Of a stretch of 64,000 bases of DNA, positions 30,980 to 42,146 are shown piece after piece (position 1 is the stretch's first letter; each line of letters begins with the position of its first letter). Source of the stretch: an uncultured delta proteobacterium (lineage in GTDB: Bacteria; Myxococcota; Myxococcia; Myxococcales; Myxococcaceae); the NCBI GenBank assembly GCA_963771175.1, contig CAVYSY010000021.1, positions 32,001 to 96,000 of the forward strand. The letters run 5' to 3'. A program made the translations under genes and the position numbers. The notes beneath the pieces are model-generated. The model was not told where the DNA came from, made no database searches, and saw nothing but the letters and a program-made list of their open reading frames with translations.

Positions 30980-31576
30980 TCAGCTACAGGTGCGGTCGGG
31001 GCTGCAGTTCTTCTTGCACTTGCGGCACGGCCCGCCGCCCTTGCCGCACTTGTCCCGCGTGTTGCCCGGCTCGCAGACGTTGTTCGAGCAGCAGCCGTCG
31101 CATCCGGAGCACGAGCCCCCATCCGGGGTGCCCGTTCCTCCTCCCGTCTCATCGGGAGGGACCGGCTCCAGCCGGATGGTGACGTCCACCTCGTACCCGT
31201 CGTGGAGCTGCGCGCTGCCCTCGCCCCGGGCCACCACGAGGTTGTCGCGCAGGCCCTCGACATACACCTTCGCCCGCACGCCGTTGGCTTCGTCCTCCAG
31301 CAGGACGCGCAATGTCTCTCCGCTGGAGAGCAGGCGCTCGGGCTGTTCGGGAAGCACGTGGGGCCCGAAGGGCTGTCCGCCCTCCACCGAGCCCCCCACG
31401 CGCACCTGGGTGAGCAGCAGTGTGGGATCGAACGCCGTGGTGACGTAGAGCGCCGTTCCCGACGCCGCCGCCGGATCCCGGCAGGACGCCAGCAACACGG
31501 CGCACACGAGTCCCAGGACGCCGCGCCATCCGACGCGACTCCCTCCCCCGGTCCATTCCCCAGATCCGCGCATCAT
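30980..31576 (-). CDS. Lipoprotein with Cys-rich C-terminus
   Basis: Lipobox VLLASC; ends CSGCDGCCSNNVCEPG..CGKGGGPCRKC..CS. Start uncertain. Confidence 0.75.
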   Translation of the reverse strand: MMRGSGEWTGGGSRVGWRGVLGLVCAVLLASCRDPAAASGTALYVTTAFDPTLLLTQVRVGGSVEGGQPFGPHVLPEQPERLLSSGETLRVLLEDEANGVRAKVYVEGLRDNLVVARGEGSAQLHDGYEVDVTIRLEPVPPDETGGGTGTPDGGSCSGCDGCCSNNVCEPGNTRDKCGKGGGPCRKCKKNCSPDRTCS

Positions 31577-31692
31577 GGCGCACATGAGGTAGCCATGGAG
31601 CACCGCGTGCGTCCCTGGACCGGCCGGGTCGATGTCGAGCAGGCGGCGTTGCGGTGGAGCCGAATGACGGGAGGCGGACACCCCTCGTCACA

Positions 31693-33117
31693 TCAGAGCG
31701 GTGCAAGGGCCTCCTTCGTCGGATCGGATTGTGTGCCCGCGGACGGGCCGCTCACCGGGCTGAGCCGCAGGAGGTGCTCGCGCAGCATGGGCGAGGGGTT
31801 GATGAACTGGAGGCCCACCCCCGGGGACATGCGCCAGGCGCGCGCCTGGGCCGAGTCCACGTGCCGCACCACCTCGCCGACGCACTCCACCTCCTCGCCG
31901 CCGAGCAGGAGGGTGAACTCGAGCCGGGTGAAGAGCTGGGGGAAGGGCTCGGCGCAGCACATGAAGAGGCCACCGCCGCTGAGCTCGGTGCAGTGGACCA
32001 CCACGGTGCCCTGGCTGGAGCGGCGGCGGACCCGGGCCATCCAGGTGGGGAGCGGGGTGGGGTCATCGGGCTCGGGGCGGGCGGGGACGGTGGGAACGGG
32101 GATGCTGGGGGGTGAGCGCCGCGGGTTGGCGGGGGCGGGCCGGGTGCTGGGCGTGGGCGGCACGGCGGCGAGCAGGGCGCGCTTGAAGTCGAACGCGGTG
32201 GCGAAGCGCTCGGCCGGATTGCGCGCCAGGGCCCGCATCAGGGCCCACGAGAGCGACTCCGGGACGGTGGGGGCGAGCTCGTGGGGCGGGCGGAGCGGGA
32301 GCGGCTCTGGCGAGAGCAGCAGCTCGGCGAGCTGCCCGCGCGGGAAGGGGAGCTGTCCGGTGACGAGCAGGTAGCCCGTCACCCCCAGCGAGTAGAGGTC
32401 CGCGCGCCCGTCCACGGGCTGGCCGGCCCACTGCTCCGGGGCCATGTACGCGGGCGTGCCGAACACCTGCCCGGCCACCGTCTGCTCCTGGTTCCCCGGG
32501 TCGCGCAGCGCCTTGGCCACGCCGAAGTCGAGCACCTTGAGCGCGGGCAGCTCTCCCTGGCGCTCCATCATCAAGAGGTTGTCCGGCTTGAGGTCCCGAT
32601 GCACCACGCCGCAGCGGTGGACGGCCTCCAGTGCGTCACAGGCCTGGGCGAGCAGCCAGACCACCATGCTCGGGTCCATCGGGCGTGGCAGCCGGGACAG
32701 GGGCGTGCCCTCCAGGTACTCCATGACGAAGTAGTGGAGCCCGTCCGCGGCCTCGTTGATGTCGAAGATGCGGACGATATTGGGGTGTCCGATGAGGTTC
32801 ACCGTGCGCGCCTCGGCGTAGAAGCGCGCGCGCAGCCGGGCATCCTGGGCCAGGTGGGGATGCAGCACCTTCACCGCCACCCGGGCGCCGATGAGCGTCT
32901 GCTCGGCGAGGTACACCGTGCCCATGCCACCGCTGCCCAGCAGGCGTATCAGCCGGTAATGGCCGAGCGTGCGGCCGAGCAGGTCCACCGGCTGCGGCAT
33001 CGTCGAGGCCGCGGGGCGCGGAACCGCTCCCGAGGACTCGGCTCCGGTGCAGGTGTCCTGAGCCGGATCGCACATGGCGCTCACGTGATGTTCTGACGAA
33101 CAGTACTCGCGGGACAT
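31693..33117 (-). CDS. Hanks-type Ser/Thr kinase with C-terminal PilZ-like domain (Pkn1-like)
   Basis: [36 protein letters not shown]; Pro-rich linker; [21 protein letters not shown] (PilZ-like). Confidence 0.92.
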   Translation of the reverse strand: MSREYCSSEHHVSAMCDPAQDTCTGAESSGAVPRPAASTMPQPVDLLGRTLGHYRLIRLLGSGGMGTVYLAEQTLIGARVAVKVLHPHLAQDARLRARFYAEARTVNLIGHPNIVRIFDINEAADGLHYFVMEYLEGTPLSRLPRPMDPSMVVWLLAQACDALEAVHRCGVVHRDLKPDNLLMMERQGELPALKVLDFGVAKALRDPGNQEQTVAGQVFGTPAYMAPEQWAGQPVDGRADLYSLGVTGYLLVTGQLPFPRGQLAELLLSPEPLPLRPPHELAPTVPESLSWALMRALARNPAERFATAFDFKRALLAAVPPTPSTRPAPANPRRSPPSIPVPTVPARPEPDDPTPLPTWMARVRRRSSQGTVVVHCTELSGGGLFMCCAEPFPQLFTRLEFTLLLGGEEVECVGEVVRHVDSAQARAWRMSPGVGLQFINPSPMLREHLLRLSPVSGPSAGTQSDPTKEALAPL

Positions 33118-33409
33118 GGTGGCCGAGGGTGGTGCTGCGTGGAGGGCAATGAGCCTTCTGCAAGGGCCATGCTGTGTGGCTGGGCGGAGGGTGGACGTGG
33201 GGCTTGTGTCGCAGGGAGTGCGCTACGACGAGAAACCGCATGCTTGCAGTGCCCACCAGTGCACGCCTCCCAGGCTCTCGGAACGGGAGATCAAATCGTT
33301 CAGTCAGATACGAGGTGGGTTGATCAAAACTTCCAACTCTCGCGGCTTTCGATGGATGTTCTGCTCTCGTTAGCCGGCGTCCCCTTTCACGGCCGCGGAG
33401 GGCACGTGC

Positions 33410-33908
33410 ATGGTGATCATCCTGATGGGCGTGTCGGGGGTGGGGAAGACGACGGTGGGTGTGCGGCTGGCGGCGGCGCTCGGGTGGAGGTTCCGGGACG
33501 CGGATGACTTCCACGCCCCCGAGAGCATCGCGAAGATGGCCGCGGGGATTCCGCTCACGGACGAGGACCGGTGGCCCTGGTTGGAGCGGCTGGCGGGAGC
33601 TCATCCGTGGCGCGCTGGAGTCGGGAGAGGACGTGGTGCTGGCGTGCTCGGCGTTGAGGAAGGTCTACCGGGAGCGGTTGACGGTGGATTCAACGCGGGA
33701 GCGGTGGGTGTACCTGAGGGCGCCTCGCGACGTCATCGCGCAACGGCTGGGGCAGCGACGGGGCCACTACATGTCGCCGACGCTGCTCGACAGCCAGCTC
33801 GCGACGCTGGAGCTGTCGGAGGACGCGCTGACGGTGGACGTGTCGGCGGACCCGGACGCGGTGGTGGCCACCCTCCTCCGGGAGCTGGGACTTCAGAGGC
33901 CTTCCTGA
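33410..33908 (+). CDS. gntK: Gluconokinase (frameshift at about 33595)
   Basis: MGVSGVGKTTVG, DADDFH..SIAKMAAGIPLTDEDRWPWL, ACSALR..YR, GHYM..LLDSQLATLE. Confidence 0.92.
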
Positions 33909-33991
33909 CGGAGCGCGGGCTAAGCCATCGGAAGTAAGTCCCTTCAGGGGCGACGACCGGCACCCACCGGCCTTCCGGCCACACTTTTCAG

Positions 33992-34018
33992 AAACCTGTC
34001 CGACTGTCGGACAGGTTT
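33992..34018. repeat. Perfect 13-bp inverted repeat (REP-like palindrome)
   Basis: AAACCTGTCCGAC-T-GTCGGACAGGTTT between convergent genes. Confidence 0.85.
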
Positions 34019-34162
34019 TTCGAAACCGAGCCCGGAGGGTCCTCTGTCCGCCGACCCCCTCCTGCCTCCCGGGCGCGCTCCTCACGAACGGGTCCGACCC
34101 TCGGAGCAGTTGCGCGAGCGCGCGCCCGGCGGTCCCCCCTTCACCGACTTGCTTCTGATGGC

Positions 34163-34799
34163 TTAGACGGAGGGCCGCACCCGCTCCACCGTCGCGCCCA
34201 GCCGCTCGAGCAGCTCGCGATACCAGGTGAAGGCCTGCTCGGTGCGCCCTGGCAGGGCCTTCGTCCCCCACAGCACGGCGAGGGTGCGGCGCGTGTCGCC
34301 CTGCGTCTTGGTGCGCTGCGAGTCCTTCACCGCGTTGGCGCAGGGGCCCTCCGCGTCGAAGAGGCACAGCAGGCCCTCCAGGTCGATGCTCTGCCCGGAG
34401 GCGTTGAAGACGTACGAGGCCCCCGCCGGGGCCACGCCGACGCGGAAGGGCTCCTTTGCCCGGTCCAGGTCCACCACGCTGATGGGCAGCCCGCTGTGCA
34501 GCGACACCGCGTTGCACACGTCCACCGCCGCGTTGATGGAGCCGAGCGAGCCATCCCCCGCCGCCCGCACCAGGTACTCCGAGGCGGGCTTGCCCCGGCC
34601 CGTGGGCTTGTAGCCGCCATGGCGCAGCAGGTCCCTCACCGCGCCCCGCACGGAGTCATCGGCGCTCAGGGGCGCCGACGCGCCCGGCTTCAGCAGCGCC
34701 ACCAGCCACTCGGGCGAGGGCGAGGCGGACAGCGGTGACGGGAAGGTGGCCGTCGAAGGCCACCACGTCCAGGAGGGGATGGGGGTCGAGCGTGAGCAC
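34163..34799 (-). CDS. Standalone B3/4 (PheT editing-like) domain protein (frameshift at about 34750)
   Basis: GGYKPTGRGKPASEYL, INAAVDVCNAVSL.SGLPISVVDLD. Confidence 0.85.
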
Positions 34800-34808
34800 G
34801 TCGCCGTT

Positions 34809-36250
34809 CTACTCGAAGAGGCGGGTGGCCATGCGCTGCATCTTCTTCGCCTTCTCCGTGTACGGCGGGAACATGGTGCGCAGGAAGGAGAGGGGCCCCT
34901 GGCGCAGCACCGCCCGCTCGTGGCTGAAGGTGCGGAAGCCGAACTCGCCGTGGTAGTTGCCCACGCCGCTCTCGCCGATGCCGCCGAAGGGCAGCTCCGC
35001 GTTGCTCAGGTGCACCACCGTCGTGTTCACGCACGTGCCGCCCGCGGACGTCTCCGCCAGCAGTTGGTTCACCGTCTTCGAGTTCCGGCTGAAGATGTAC
35101 ATGGCCAGCGGCTTGGTGCGCGAGCGGATGTCGCTCACCACGTCGTCCAGCCGCTCGTAGCGCAGCACCGGTAGCACCGGGCCGAAGATCTCCTCCTCCA
35201 TCACCGGCGTCTCCGGCTTCACGCCCGCCAGCACCGTGGGCGCGATGTAGCGGCTGGTCGCGTCCACCACGCCGCCCACCACCACCTGCACCCCGCTGGC
35301 CACCGAGCGCTCCAGCAGCCGGTTCACCCGGGCGAACTGCCCGTCATCCACCATGCGGCAGAAGTCCGGGGTGGCCTTCCGCGCCTCCTCCGTCGTCCCG
35401 TAGAAGCGCTCGATCGCCCCGCGCAGCTTCGTCCAGGAACTCATGCTCCCGCGAGGCGTGCACGTACACGTAGTCCGGCGCCACGCACGTCTGCCCGCCG
35501 TTGAGGAACTTGCCGAAGGCGATGCGCTCGGCCGCCGCGTCGAGGTCCGCCGTCTCGTCCACCACGGCGGGCGACTTGCCGCCCAGCTCCAGCGTCACGC
35601 CGGCCAGGAACTTCGCCGCCGCCTCCATCACCATGCGCCCCACGCGCGGGCCACCGGTGAAGAAGAAGTGGTCGAAGGGCAGCTCCAGCAGCGCCTGGCC
35701 CTCCTCGACGCCTCCCTGCGCCACCATCACCTCGGACGGATCGAACACGTCGCGGATGAGCTGGTCGATGAAGGCCGCCGTGTGCGGCGTCTTCTCGCTC
35801 GGCTTGAGCATCACGCAGTTGCCCGCCGCCACCGCGGCCACCAGCGGCGCGATCGATGAGCTGGAAGGGGTAGTTCCACGGGGCGATGATGAGCACCACG
35901 CCCTTGGGCTCGTAGCGCACCTCGCTGCGCGTGCCGGTGAGCAGCACGGGCGTGCCCACCTTGCGCGGCTTCATCCACCTGCCCAGGTTCTTGATGGTGT
36001 GGTCGAGCTCCGAGAGCACCATCAGCAGCTCGGAGGTCTCCACCTCGGCCGCCGGCTTGCGGAAGTCCGCGTGGATGGCCTGGTAGAGGCCCTCGCGCCG
36101 CTCGACGATGGCGCGCCGCAGCTTCTCCAGCTTCGCGATGCGTTCCTTCGCGCTCGTCCGCGCCATCTCCCAGCGCCGGGCCCGCAGGCGCTCGAACGCA
36201 TCCTGGAAGGGGTTCTTCCGGGTCTTCTCGTCCATGCTCACCACGCGCAT
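34809..36250 (-). CDS. Aldehyde dehydrogenase, ALDH3/fatty-aldehyde type (frameshifts at about 35855 and 35435)
   Basis: IIAPWNYPF, LKPSEKTP, FFTGG, TLELGGKSP, NGGQTCVAPDY, EEIFGPVLP, LPFGGIGESGVGNYHG. Confidence 0.92.
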
Positions 36251-36349
36251 TGCTTCTCTCCTCTGGTTCCGCGTTCGAGTGCCGCCGCTCCCCACCCAGG
36301 CTCTATGTCATCCTTAATCAAGCCTGTCGGAGTGCGGCGATGGGAATGT

Positions 36350-37054
36350 TCACGCCTGGACGCGCTTGAAAGGCGTCGGGTCAGCGGGCCTCGAGCCCGC
36401 GCAGAGCGTGGCGAGGGAGGCGGTGAGCTCGCGGGAGAAGTCCACCCGGAGGGGATTGAGGTGCGGGGCGGCCGCGTGGACCTCGCGGGCCACCGGGGCC
36501 AGGTCCGCCATCTGTCGCAGGCCCACCACCAGGGCGTACACCTGGAGGAAGAAGTGGATGCCCTCACCGGACTTCAGGAAGGGCAGCCGCTTCTCCACCA
36601 GCGCGCCGGCGCGCACCACCGCCTCCAGCAGCCGCTCCTTGAAGCCGCGCACCTGCTCCACGGTGACGTTCTGCTCCAGCACCGTCTGCAGCCGCGCCAG
36701 CAGCCGGGTGAGCGACTCCTCGCCCTCCAGCGACTCCGCCACCGTGCGCGCCACCCGCGCCCCCGTCCACCGGCCCTCCCCCTTGGCGAGCGTCACCTCC
36801 AGCCGCGCGAACCAGGCGAAGAGCAGCTCCTCCAGCAGCGCCAGGAACAGCGCCTCCTTGGTGGGGAAGTAGAGGAACACCGTCCCCTTGGCGAGCTGCG
36901 TCCGCTCCGCCACGTCCGCCATCTTCACCTCGTCGTACGAGGTGGCCTGGTAGAGCGCCAGCGCCGCGTCCAAGAGCTGCCGCCGCCGCGCCTCCTTGTC
37001 CTCTTCCTTCCGCGCCCGCTGGGGAAGTACCCGCTTCGCGTTGTTGCTGACCAT
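36350..37054 (-). CDS. TetR-family transcriptional regulator
   Basis: RRRQLLDAALAL..MADVAERTQLAKGTVFLYFPTKEALF. Confidence 0.93.
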   Translation of the reverse strand: MVSNNAKRVLPQRARKEEDKEARRRQLLDAALALYQATSYDEVKMADVAERTQLAKGTVFLYFPTKEALFLALLEELLFAWFARLEVTLAKGEGRWTGARVARTVAESLEGEESLTRLLARLQTVLEQNVTVEQVRGFKERLLEAVVRAGALVEKRLPFLKSGEGIHFFLQVYALVVGLRQMADLAPVAREVHAAAPHLNPLRVDFSRELTASLATLCAGSRPADPTPFKRVQA

Positions 37055-37105
37055 GAGTCACTAATTAAGTGTCCCCAGGTCCGTTGTCAATGACCCAGGG
37101 TCATT
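37048..37105. promoter_or_regulatory. Two TGAC-N5-GTCA operators flanking a sigma70-like promoter of the TetR gene
   Basis: AATGACCC-A-GGGTCATT (37089-37105, perfect) and TGACCATGAGTCA (37048-37060, over the start codon). Minus-strand TTGACA (37090-37085), N17, then TAATTA. Confidence 0.72.
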
Positions 37106-37160
37106 TACCCGGGGGCGGGGGAAACTCGCGGCGGCCGGCTGGGTGTGCGAGCATGTAGGC

Positions 37161-37788
37161 ATGCGGCCCATCCAGGCGGAGCTTCTCGACGGTGGCGGGC
37201 TGTACCGGGAAGTGGTGCTGGGCAAGCTGGCGCACGCGCGCGAGTCGGTGTGGATAGCCACCGCCAACGTGAAGGCCATGTACGTGGAGCAGGCGGGGCG
37301 CTTCGTGCCGCTGCTGGAGGTGCTGGACAGGCTGGCGGCGCGCGGGGTGGCGCTGCGGCTGCTTGCACGCGGAGCTGCCCAGCCGGCCCTTCCGGGCGGA
37401 GTTCGACAAGCGCTCGCGGCTGGTGAAGGGGGGCCTGGAGCTGAAGGTGTGCCCGCGGGTTCACTTCAAGACAGTCCTGGTGGACGGGGCGTGGGCGTAC
37501 CTGGGCAGCGCCAACCTCACCGGGGCGGGGCTGGGGGCCAAGGGCGAGGACGTGCGCAACTTCGAGATGGGCTTCGTCACCGAGGACTTCGACGTCATCG
37601 ACCGGGTGACGGCGCTCTACGAGTCGGTGTGGAGCGGGGCCGAGTGCCGCGGTTGTCGGCTGCGCGCGGTGTGCCCGGATCCGATCTTGCCCGCGGGCGC
37701 GGGCTCGGCGAAGAAGAGGCCGTCCGACGGCGTCCGTCTGGGCAAGGCGCGGCGCCTGGTGCGCCGACGCACGGAGAAGCCACGATGA
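37161..37788 (+). CDS. Single-HKD phospholipase D/nuclease-like protein (frameshift at about 37363)
   Basis: RVHFKTVLVDGAWAYLGSANLT..RNFEMG; C-terminal CRGCRLRAVC. Confidence 0.85.
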
Positions 37789-38390
37789 AGCTCTACTACA
37801 GCCAGTTCACCCGAGGTCACCGCCCCCGCTGGGTGCTCGAGGAGTTGGGCCTTCCCTACGAGCTGCAGCGGCTGGACATGCGCAAGGGCGAGCACAAGTC
37901 GCCCGAGTACATGAAGGTCCACCCGCTGGGCCAGGTGCCCGCGCTGGAGGACTCGACGGGCGTGCTGTTGGAGTCCGGCGCCATCTGTCTGTACCTGGCG
38001 GACAAGTACCCGGAGAAGGAGCTGGCCCCGGCGCTCGGCACGCACGAGCGCGGCGAGTACTACCAGTGGAGCATGTTCGCCCTGGCCACGCTGGAGCCGC
38101 CCCTCATCACCATCGCCATGAACACCCGCTTCCTGCCCGAGGCCGAGCGCCAGCCGGCGCTGGTGGAGCGCGCGAAGCAGCAGCTCCAGCCGGTGCTGAA
38201 GGTGCTCGAGGGCCACATCGGACGCCGCGAGTTCATCGTCGGCAACGCCTTCTCCGTGGCGGACGTGCTCACCGCCGCGACGCTCTCCTGGGCCCAGTCG
38301 ATGGGCTTGCTCGCCGGCTTCTCCGGGCTCGAGGCCTACACGAAGCGGCACCTGGAGCGCCCCGCGGCCAGGCGCGCCTACGCGGACTAG
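37785..38390 (+). CDS. Glutathione S-transferase
   Basis: MKLYY..RPRWVLEELGLPYE..HPLGQVPAL..LESGAICLYLA..FSVADV. ATGA overlap with the upstream gene. Confidence 0.93.
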   Translation: MKLYYSQFTRGHRPRWVLEELGLPYELQRLDMRKGEHKSPEYMKVHPLGQVPALEDSTGVLLESGAICLYLADKYPEKELAPALGTHERGEYYQWSMFALATLEPPLITIAMNTRFLPEAERQPALVERAKQQLQPVLKVLEGHIGRREFIVGNAFSVADVLTAATLSWAQSMGLLAGFSGLEAYTKRHLERPAARRAYAD

Positions 38391-39304
38391 GGTGTCTTGC
38401 GGTGACGGGCGCGCCAGGCGCTGGGGGACTCGCCCGTCATCTTGCGGAACAGGCCGCTGAAGTGCTGGAGCGACGCGCACCCCACCTCCACGGCCACCGA
38501 GGTGAGCTTGGCGTCGCTCTGCAGCAGCAGCGTCTGCGCGGTGCGCACCTGCACGGTGTTGAGCTCCAACTGGAAGGAGGTGCCGGCCTCGCGCAGGCGG
38601 CGCTGGAGGGTGCGCTCGGACATGCCCAGCTCCCGGGACACGTCCCCGAGGCAGGCTTCCACCAGCCGGGTGCGCAGCACGCGGTGCAGCTCACTGAGCA
38701 GTGGGGACTGCCCCATGAGCTGCATCACCAGGTCGTTCAGCTCGTCCACCAGGGGACGAGACTCCTGCTCGGGCCGGCCCAGCCAGGAGAGCGCCTCGAG
38801 TGGGTCCGCGAAGGCCCGGGTGGGGTAGCTGGTGCTGACGAGGCTGTAGAAGCCCCCCACCACCGCGCCCGTCATCCCCTCGGGACGCAGCAGCGCCTGG
38901 CGCTTCACCGTCTGGGAGAAGCTGCCACTGCGCGGCACCATGTACTTCACCAGGACGGCGAGGCCGTTGGCGTCCGGGGCCTCCACCCGGCGCGCGTCCA
39001 CCAGGGACATGTGGGGCACGGCGGGCGCCAGCTCCACGTCCAGCACCTGGGTGAGCCGCTGGATTTGAGACTCGCCCGGCCTTCCCCACAGGACGAACCC
39101 GCACAGCTCGGGCGAGGCGTACCAGTGGAGGAAGTTTTCCCCCGTCAGGTAGCGACCGATGGGGTCTTGGAGGTAGTCGTCGAGTCCTTCTGCGGAACGC
39201 ACAGTGCGGCAGCATAGCGCCTGCCGAGCCGGGCGCCCCAGGTGGGATGGCTGGGGGCCCGCGGGGGTTCCAGTGGTGGACGCGCCGGATGTGAACTGCT
39301 TCAT
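38387..39304 (-). CDS. AraC-family transcriptional regulator
   Basis: VSRELGMSERTLQRRL..VAVEVGCASLQHFSGLFRKMTGESPSAWR. Confidence 0.9.
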   Translation of the reverse strand: MKQFTSGASTTGTPAGPQPSHLGRPARQALCCRTVRSAEGLDDYLQDPIGRYLTGENFLHWYASPELCGFVLWGRPGESQIQRLTQVLDVELAPAVPHMSLVDARRVEAPDANGLAVLVKYMVPRSGSFSQTVKRQALLRPEGMTGAVVGGFYSLVSTSYPTRAFADPLEALSWLGRPEQESRPLVDELNDLVMQLMGQSPLLSELHRVLRTRLVEACLGDVSRELGMSERTLQRRLREAGTSFQLELNTVQVRTAQTLLLQSDAKLTSVAVEVGCASLQHFSGLFRKMTGESPSAWRARHRKTP

Positions 39305-39314
39305 TGTGCGCGGC

Positions 39315-39782
39315 TCACTCCTCCCGGCGCAGCGTGGCGGCGACCAGCGACAGTGCTCGGAGTTGGTGGGGGTTGAGCTTGCGCACGTGGCGCAGCAGTC
39401 GCCGCATCTGCGGCCCCTCGCGCTCGGGGGGCGGAGGCTCCTCGGTCCATGCGGGCGGTTGGGCGGTGCTGAGGGCCAGCAGCTTGTCCGCGGGCAGGCG
39501 CAGGGCGACGCACAGCCGCCGCAGGGTGGGGACGCTCGGCATCAGCAGCCCCCGCTCCAGGCGGCCGTACACCTCCGTGGCCACGCCAATGCGTTCGGCC
39601 ACGTCCGCTTGCGTGAGTCCCGCCTTCTGTCGGGCTTCCCGGGCCGTGTCGCCCAGGGCCTTGGAAAGCCTCTGCCTCACTTCGCGTTTCCCCCGAGGCG
39701 GGCTCACCTCCTTGCCGCGGGGGCCGCGTCGGGGCGTGGAGGTCTGCTCGGGGGGGACTGGAAAAGTAGTCTTCGACGCCAT
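39315..39782 (-). CDS. XRE-family HTH regulator
   Basis: GAGGAG RBS; AREARQKAGLTQADVAERIGVATEVYGRLERGLLMPSVPTL. Confidence 0.9.
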   Translation of the reverse strand: MASKTTFPVPPEQTSTPRRGPRGKEVSPPRGKREVRQRLSKALGDTAREARQKAGLTQADVAERIGVATEVYGRLERGLLMPSVPTLRRLCVALRLPADKLLALSTAQPPAWTEEPPPPEREGPQMRRLLRHVRKLNPHQLRALSLVAATLRREE

Positions 39783-40492
39783 GGCTCCTCTGGGCTCAGG
39801 CATGACCTCGTGGGTTATATGACTTATACGGTCACATGTCAGCGCGAAACTTTTCGAGTAGTGCTCGAACGTACGTTCTCCCTGTCCTCGTGTTGGGGAG
39901 CGGACCTGTGCGAAGCCCTGGGGCGCGCGGAGGCGTGCCGGAGCCGCGCGAGAGCGCGTGCGAGCCAGGGCCGCGCGCTCCTTCATGCTCAGGCCACCAA
40001 AAACGAACGCCCCGCCAAGGGCTGTCAGGCACCCTGGCCGGCGTTTGCCGATGATGCCCCGCTGTGACGCGGGTGCGCCGTCTGGGGATTTGCTCCCACA
40101 CGGGCTCGCTGCTGGCCGTCAGCGAACTTCACGGGTCGCGATGCTTCAGGTCATTTCAACACAAAGCGGCGTGACCTTCAAGGTCGGGTCCTTCAGCGCT
40201 CGATGGACTTCGGCTCCGGCGCCGTGGCCCTGACCGGGAGGCCGGTGTTTCTCGGGGGGAGGTGGAAGGCTCGATCGACGGGAAGGCCGAGAAATCGGCC
40301 TCGGCGCGATTGTCAACCCCCCAGGTCAGCCGTGGCGGAAAAGTCCCAACCATTTCAGGGGTTTACCTCTCACGAAGGTCTGACATATGGTGACCGCCTC
40401 CCGGGGGTTCCCGGGTGCCGGTGTCCCCCGCGTTCCCAGGCGCGGGGCTCCAGGCGTACCCCCGTGATTTTGGTTGGAGGGCTGTTCAGGCC

Positions 40493-42107
40493 GTGAGTGA
40501 CGAGCGTCCGGACGCGCTGCTCAAGAGCGCACTCGAAAAGATTGTCTACTTCGAGGCCCGTGCCGAGCAGCTCCACCACGAGCTGCTCTCCACCCGCGAG
40601 GAGCTGGAGCACCTCAGGCGCGAGCTGACGCAGTCCGAGGAGCGCGAGCTGACGCTGCGCCGGGAGGTGGCCGAGCTGGAGGTGCGGCTGGGCCGGCTGG
40701 GCGCCGATCGCGACGAGCTCACCCGCCTCAACGAGGCGCTGCGCACCGAGCGCAGCCAGCTCCTCGGCAAGCTGCTGGAGGCCAGCCGCATCCGCGCCTC
40801 GGATCGCCGCGACGAGGGGGACGAGGACCACCTGGGCATCGACCTGGCCTCGTTCATCTCGCAGCTTCGCAGCGAGGCGCTGGAGCGCCCGGCGGGGGCC
40901 ATGGCCATCCCGCCTCGGCCGCTGCCGCCTACCCGTGGCCCGCGCAGCCCGAGGTGGAGCCGGCGCCCGCGCTCGCGGTGGTGACGGCCTCGGCGACCGC
41001 GGCCGCGGCGAGCGTGTCTCCGGTGGTGCAGCACGCGCAGCGCCTCTTCCTGGAGGGCCGGCTGGCGGTGAGCCCCGGACAGCTGGCGGAGCTCGCCGGG
41101 GGCCATGACGAGACGCTCTTCGGCTTCTCCGTGCGCGAGCTGTCCGCGCCGGACGCCGCCTCGCGCGTGCGCGCCGCCGAGCGGCTCAAGGCCCTGGGCC
41201 AGCCGGCCGCCGCGCCCGCGCTCGCCACCGCGCTGCACGCCGAGAAGGACCCCACCGTGCAGGTGGCGCTGCTGGCCGGCCTTCGCCGTGGTGGGCAGGG
41301 CGGAGGGGGCCTCGGTGGTGTCGCCCGCTGCTGGCCTCGCACCGTCCCCGAGGTGCGCATCGCCGCGCTCAAGGCGCTGCTGACGCCTCGCCCCAGCGGA
41401 GGCCGCGCCCCACCTCGCGCAGGCCATGAAGGACCCGGACCGCTCCGTGCGCCGGCGCGCCTCGCTGCTGGCGCTCGGCCTGGAGGGCGAGGGCGCGCGG
41501 CGGCTGGGCGAGGAGGCCATCCACGACGCGGACCCCGAGGTGCGCAGCCTCGCGGCGCTGGCGCTCGGGGCCGGCGGCGGGGAGCGCGCCCGGGCGATGC
41601 TGCTGGAGGCCCTCAAGGACCCCGAGCTGCGGGTGCGCCGGCCGCCGCGCAGAGCCTCTCGCGCATCCTCGGCCAGGACGTCTCCGCGGTGGTGGACATG
41701 GACGAGGGCCAGCGCCGCCGGGAGATCCGCCGGCTCGCCACGCTCCCCGTGCACCCGGTGCGCGCCTCGCTCGCCCCGAGGCCCCGCCGCCCCCGCGCGT
41801 CGCGAGCCGCGCCCCGGTCCACCGCGCGCCCGCCCCGGCTGCCGGCCGCGTCCAGGCGCCTGTCCGGGCCGCAGGCCACGCCGTGCCGCCGCCCCCGCCG
41901 CGCCCCCGCGGCGTCGCGCCCGGCCTCGCCGGTGGAGGCCCTGTGTGCGTCGCTGATGTCGGAGATTCGCGTCGCCATCCGCGGCCGCTCGCTCGCCGAG
42001 CTGTCGCGGGACTCTCCGCGCGCCCCGAGCTCGCCGAGGAAGCGCTCGCCCTGCTGGTGGCCCGGGGCGCGGTGGTGCGCAGGGGTCACAAGTACTTCGC
42101 CGCTTGA
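40493..42107 (+). CDS. pomY: PomY-like cell-division positioning protein (coiled coil, HEAT repeats, Pro-rich region); several frameshifts
   Basis: SDERPDALLKSALEKIVYFEAR coiled coil, HEAT repeats (DPDRSVRRRA, DADPEVR), C-terminus VVRRGHKYFAA. Synteny with pomZ and pomX. Confidence 0.85.
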
Positions 42108-42146
42108 GGCAAGGTAGCGCCCCCAGGGTTCGACGAAGGGTTGTTC

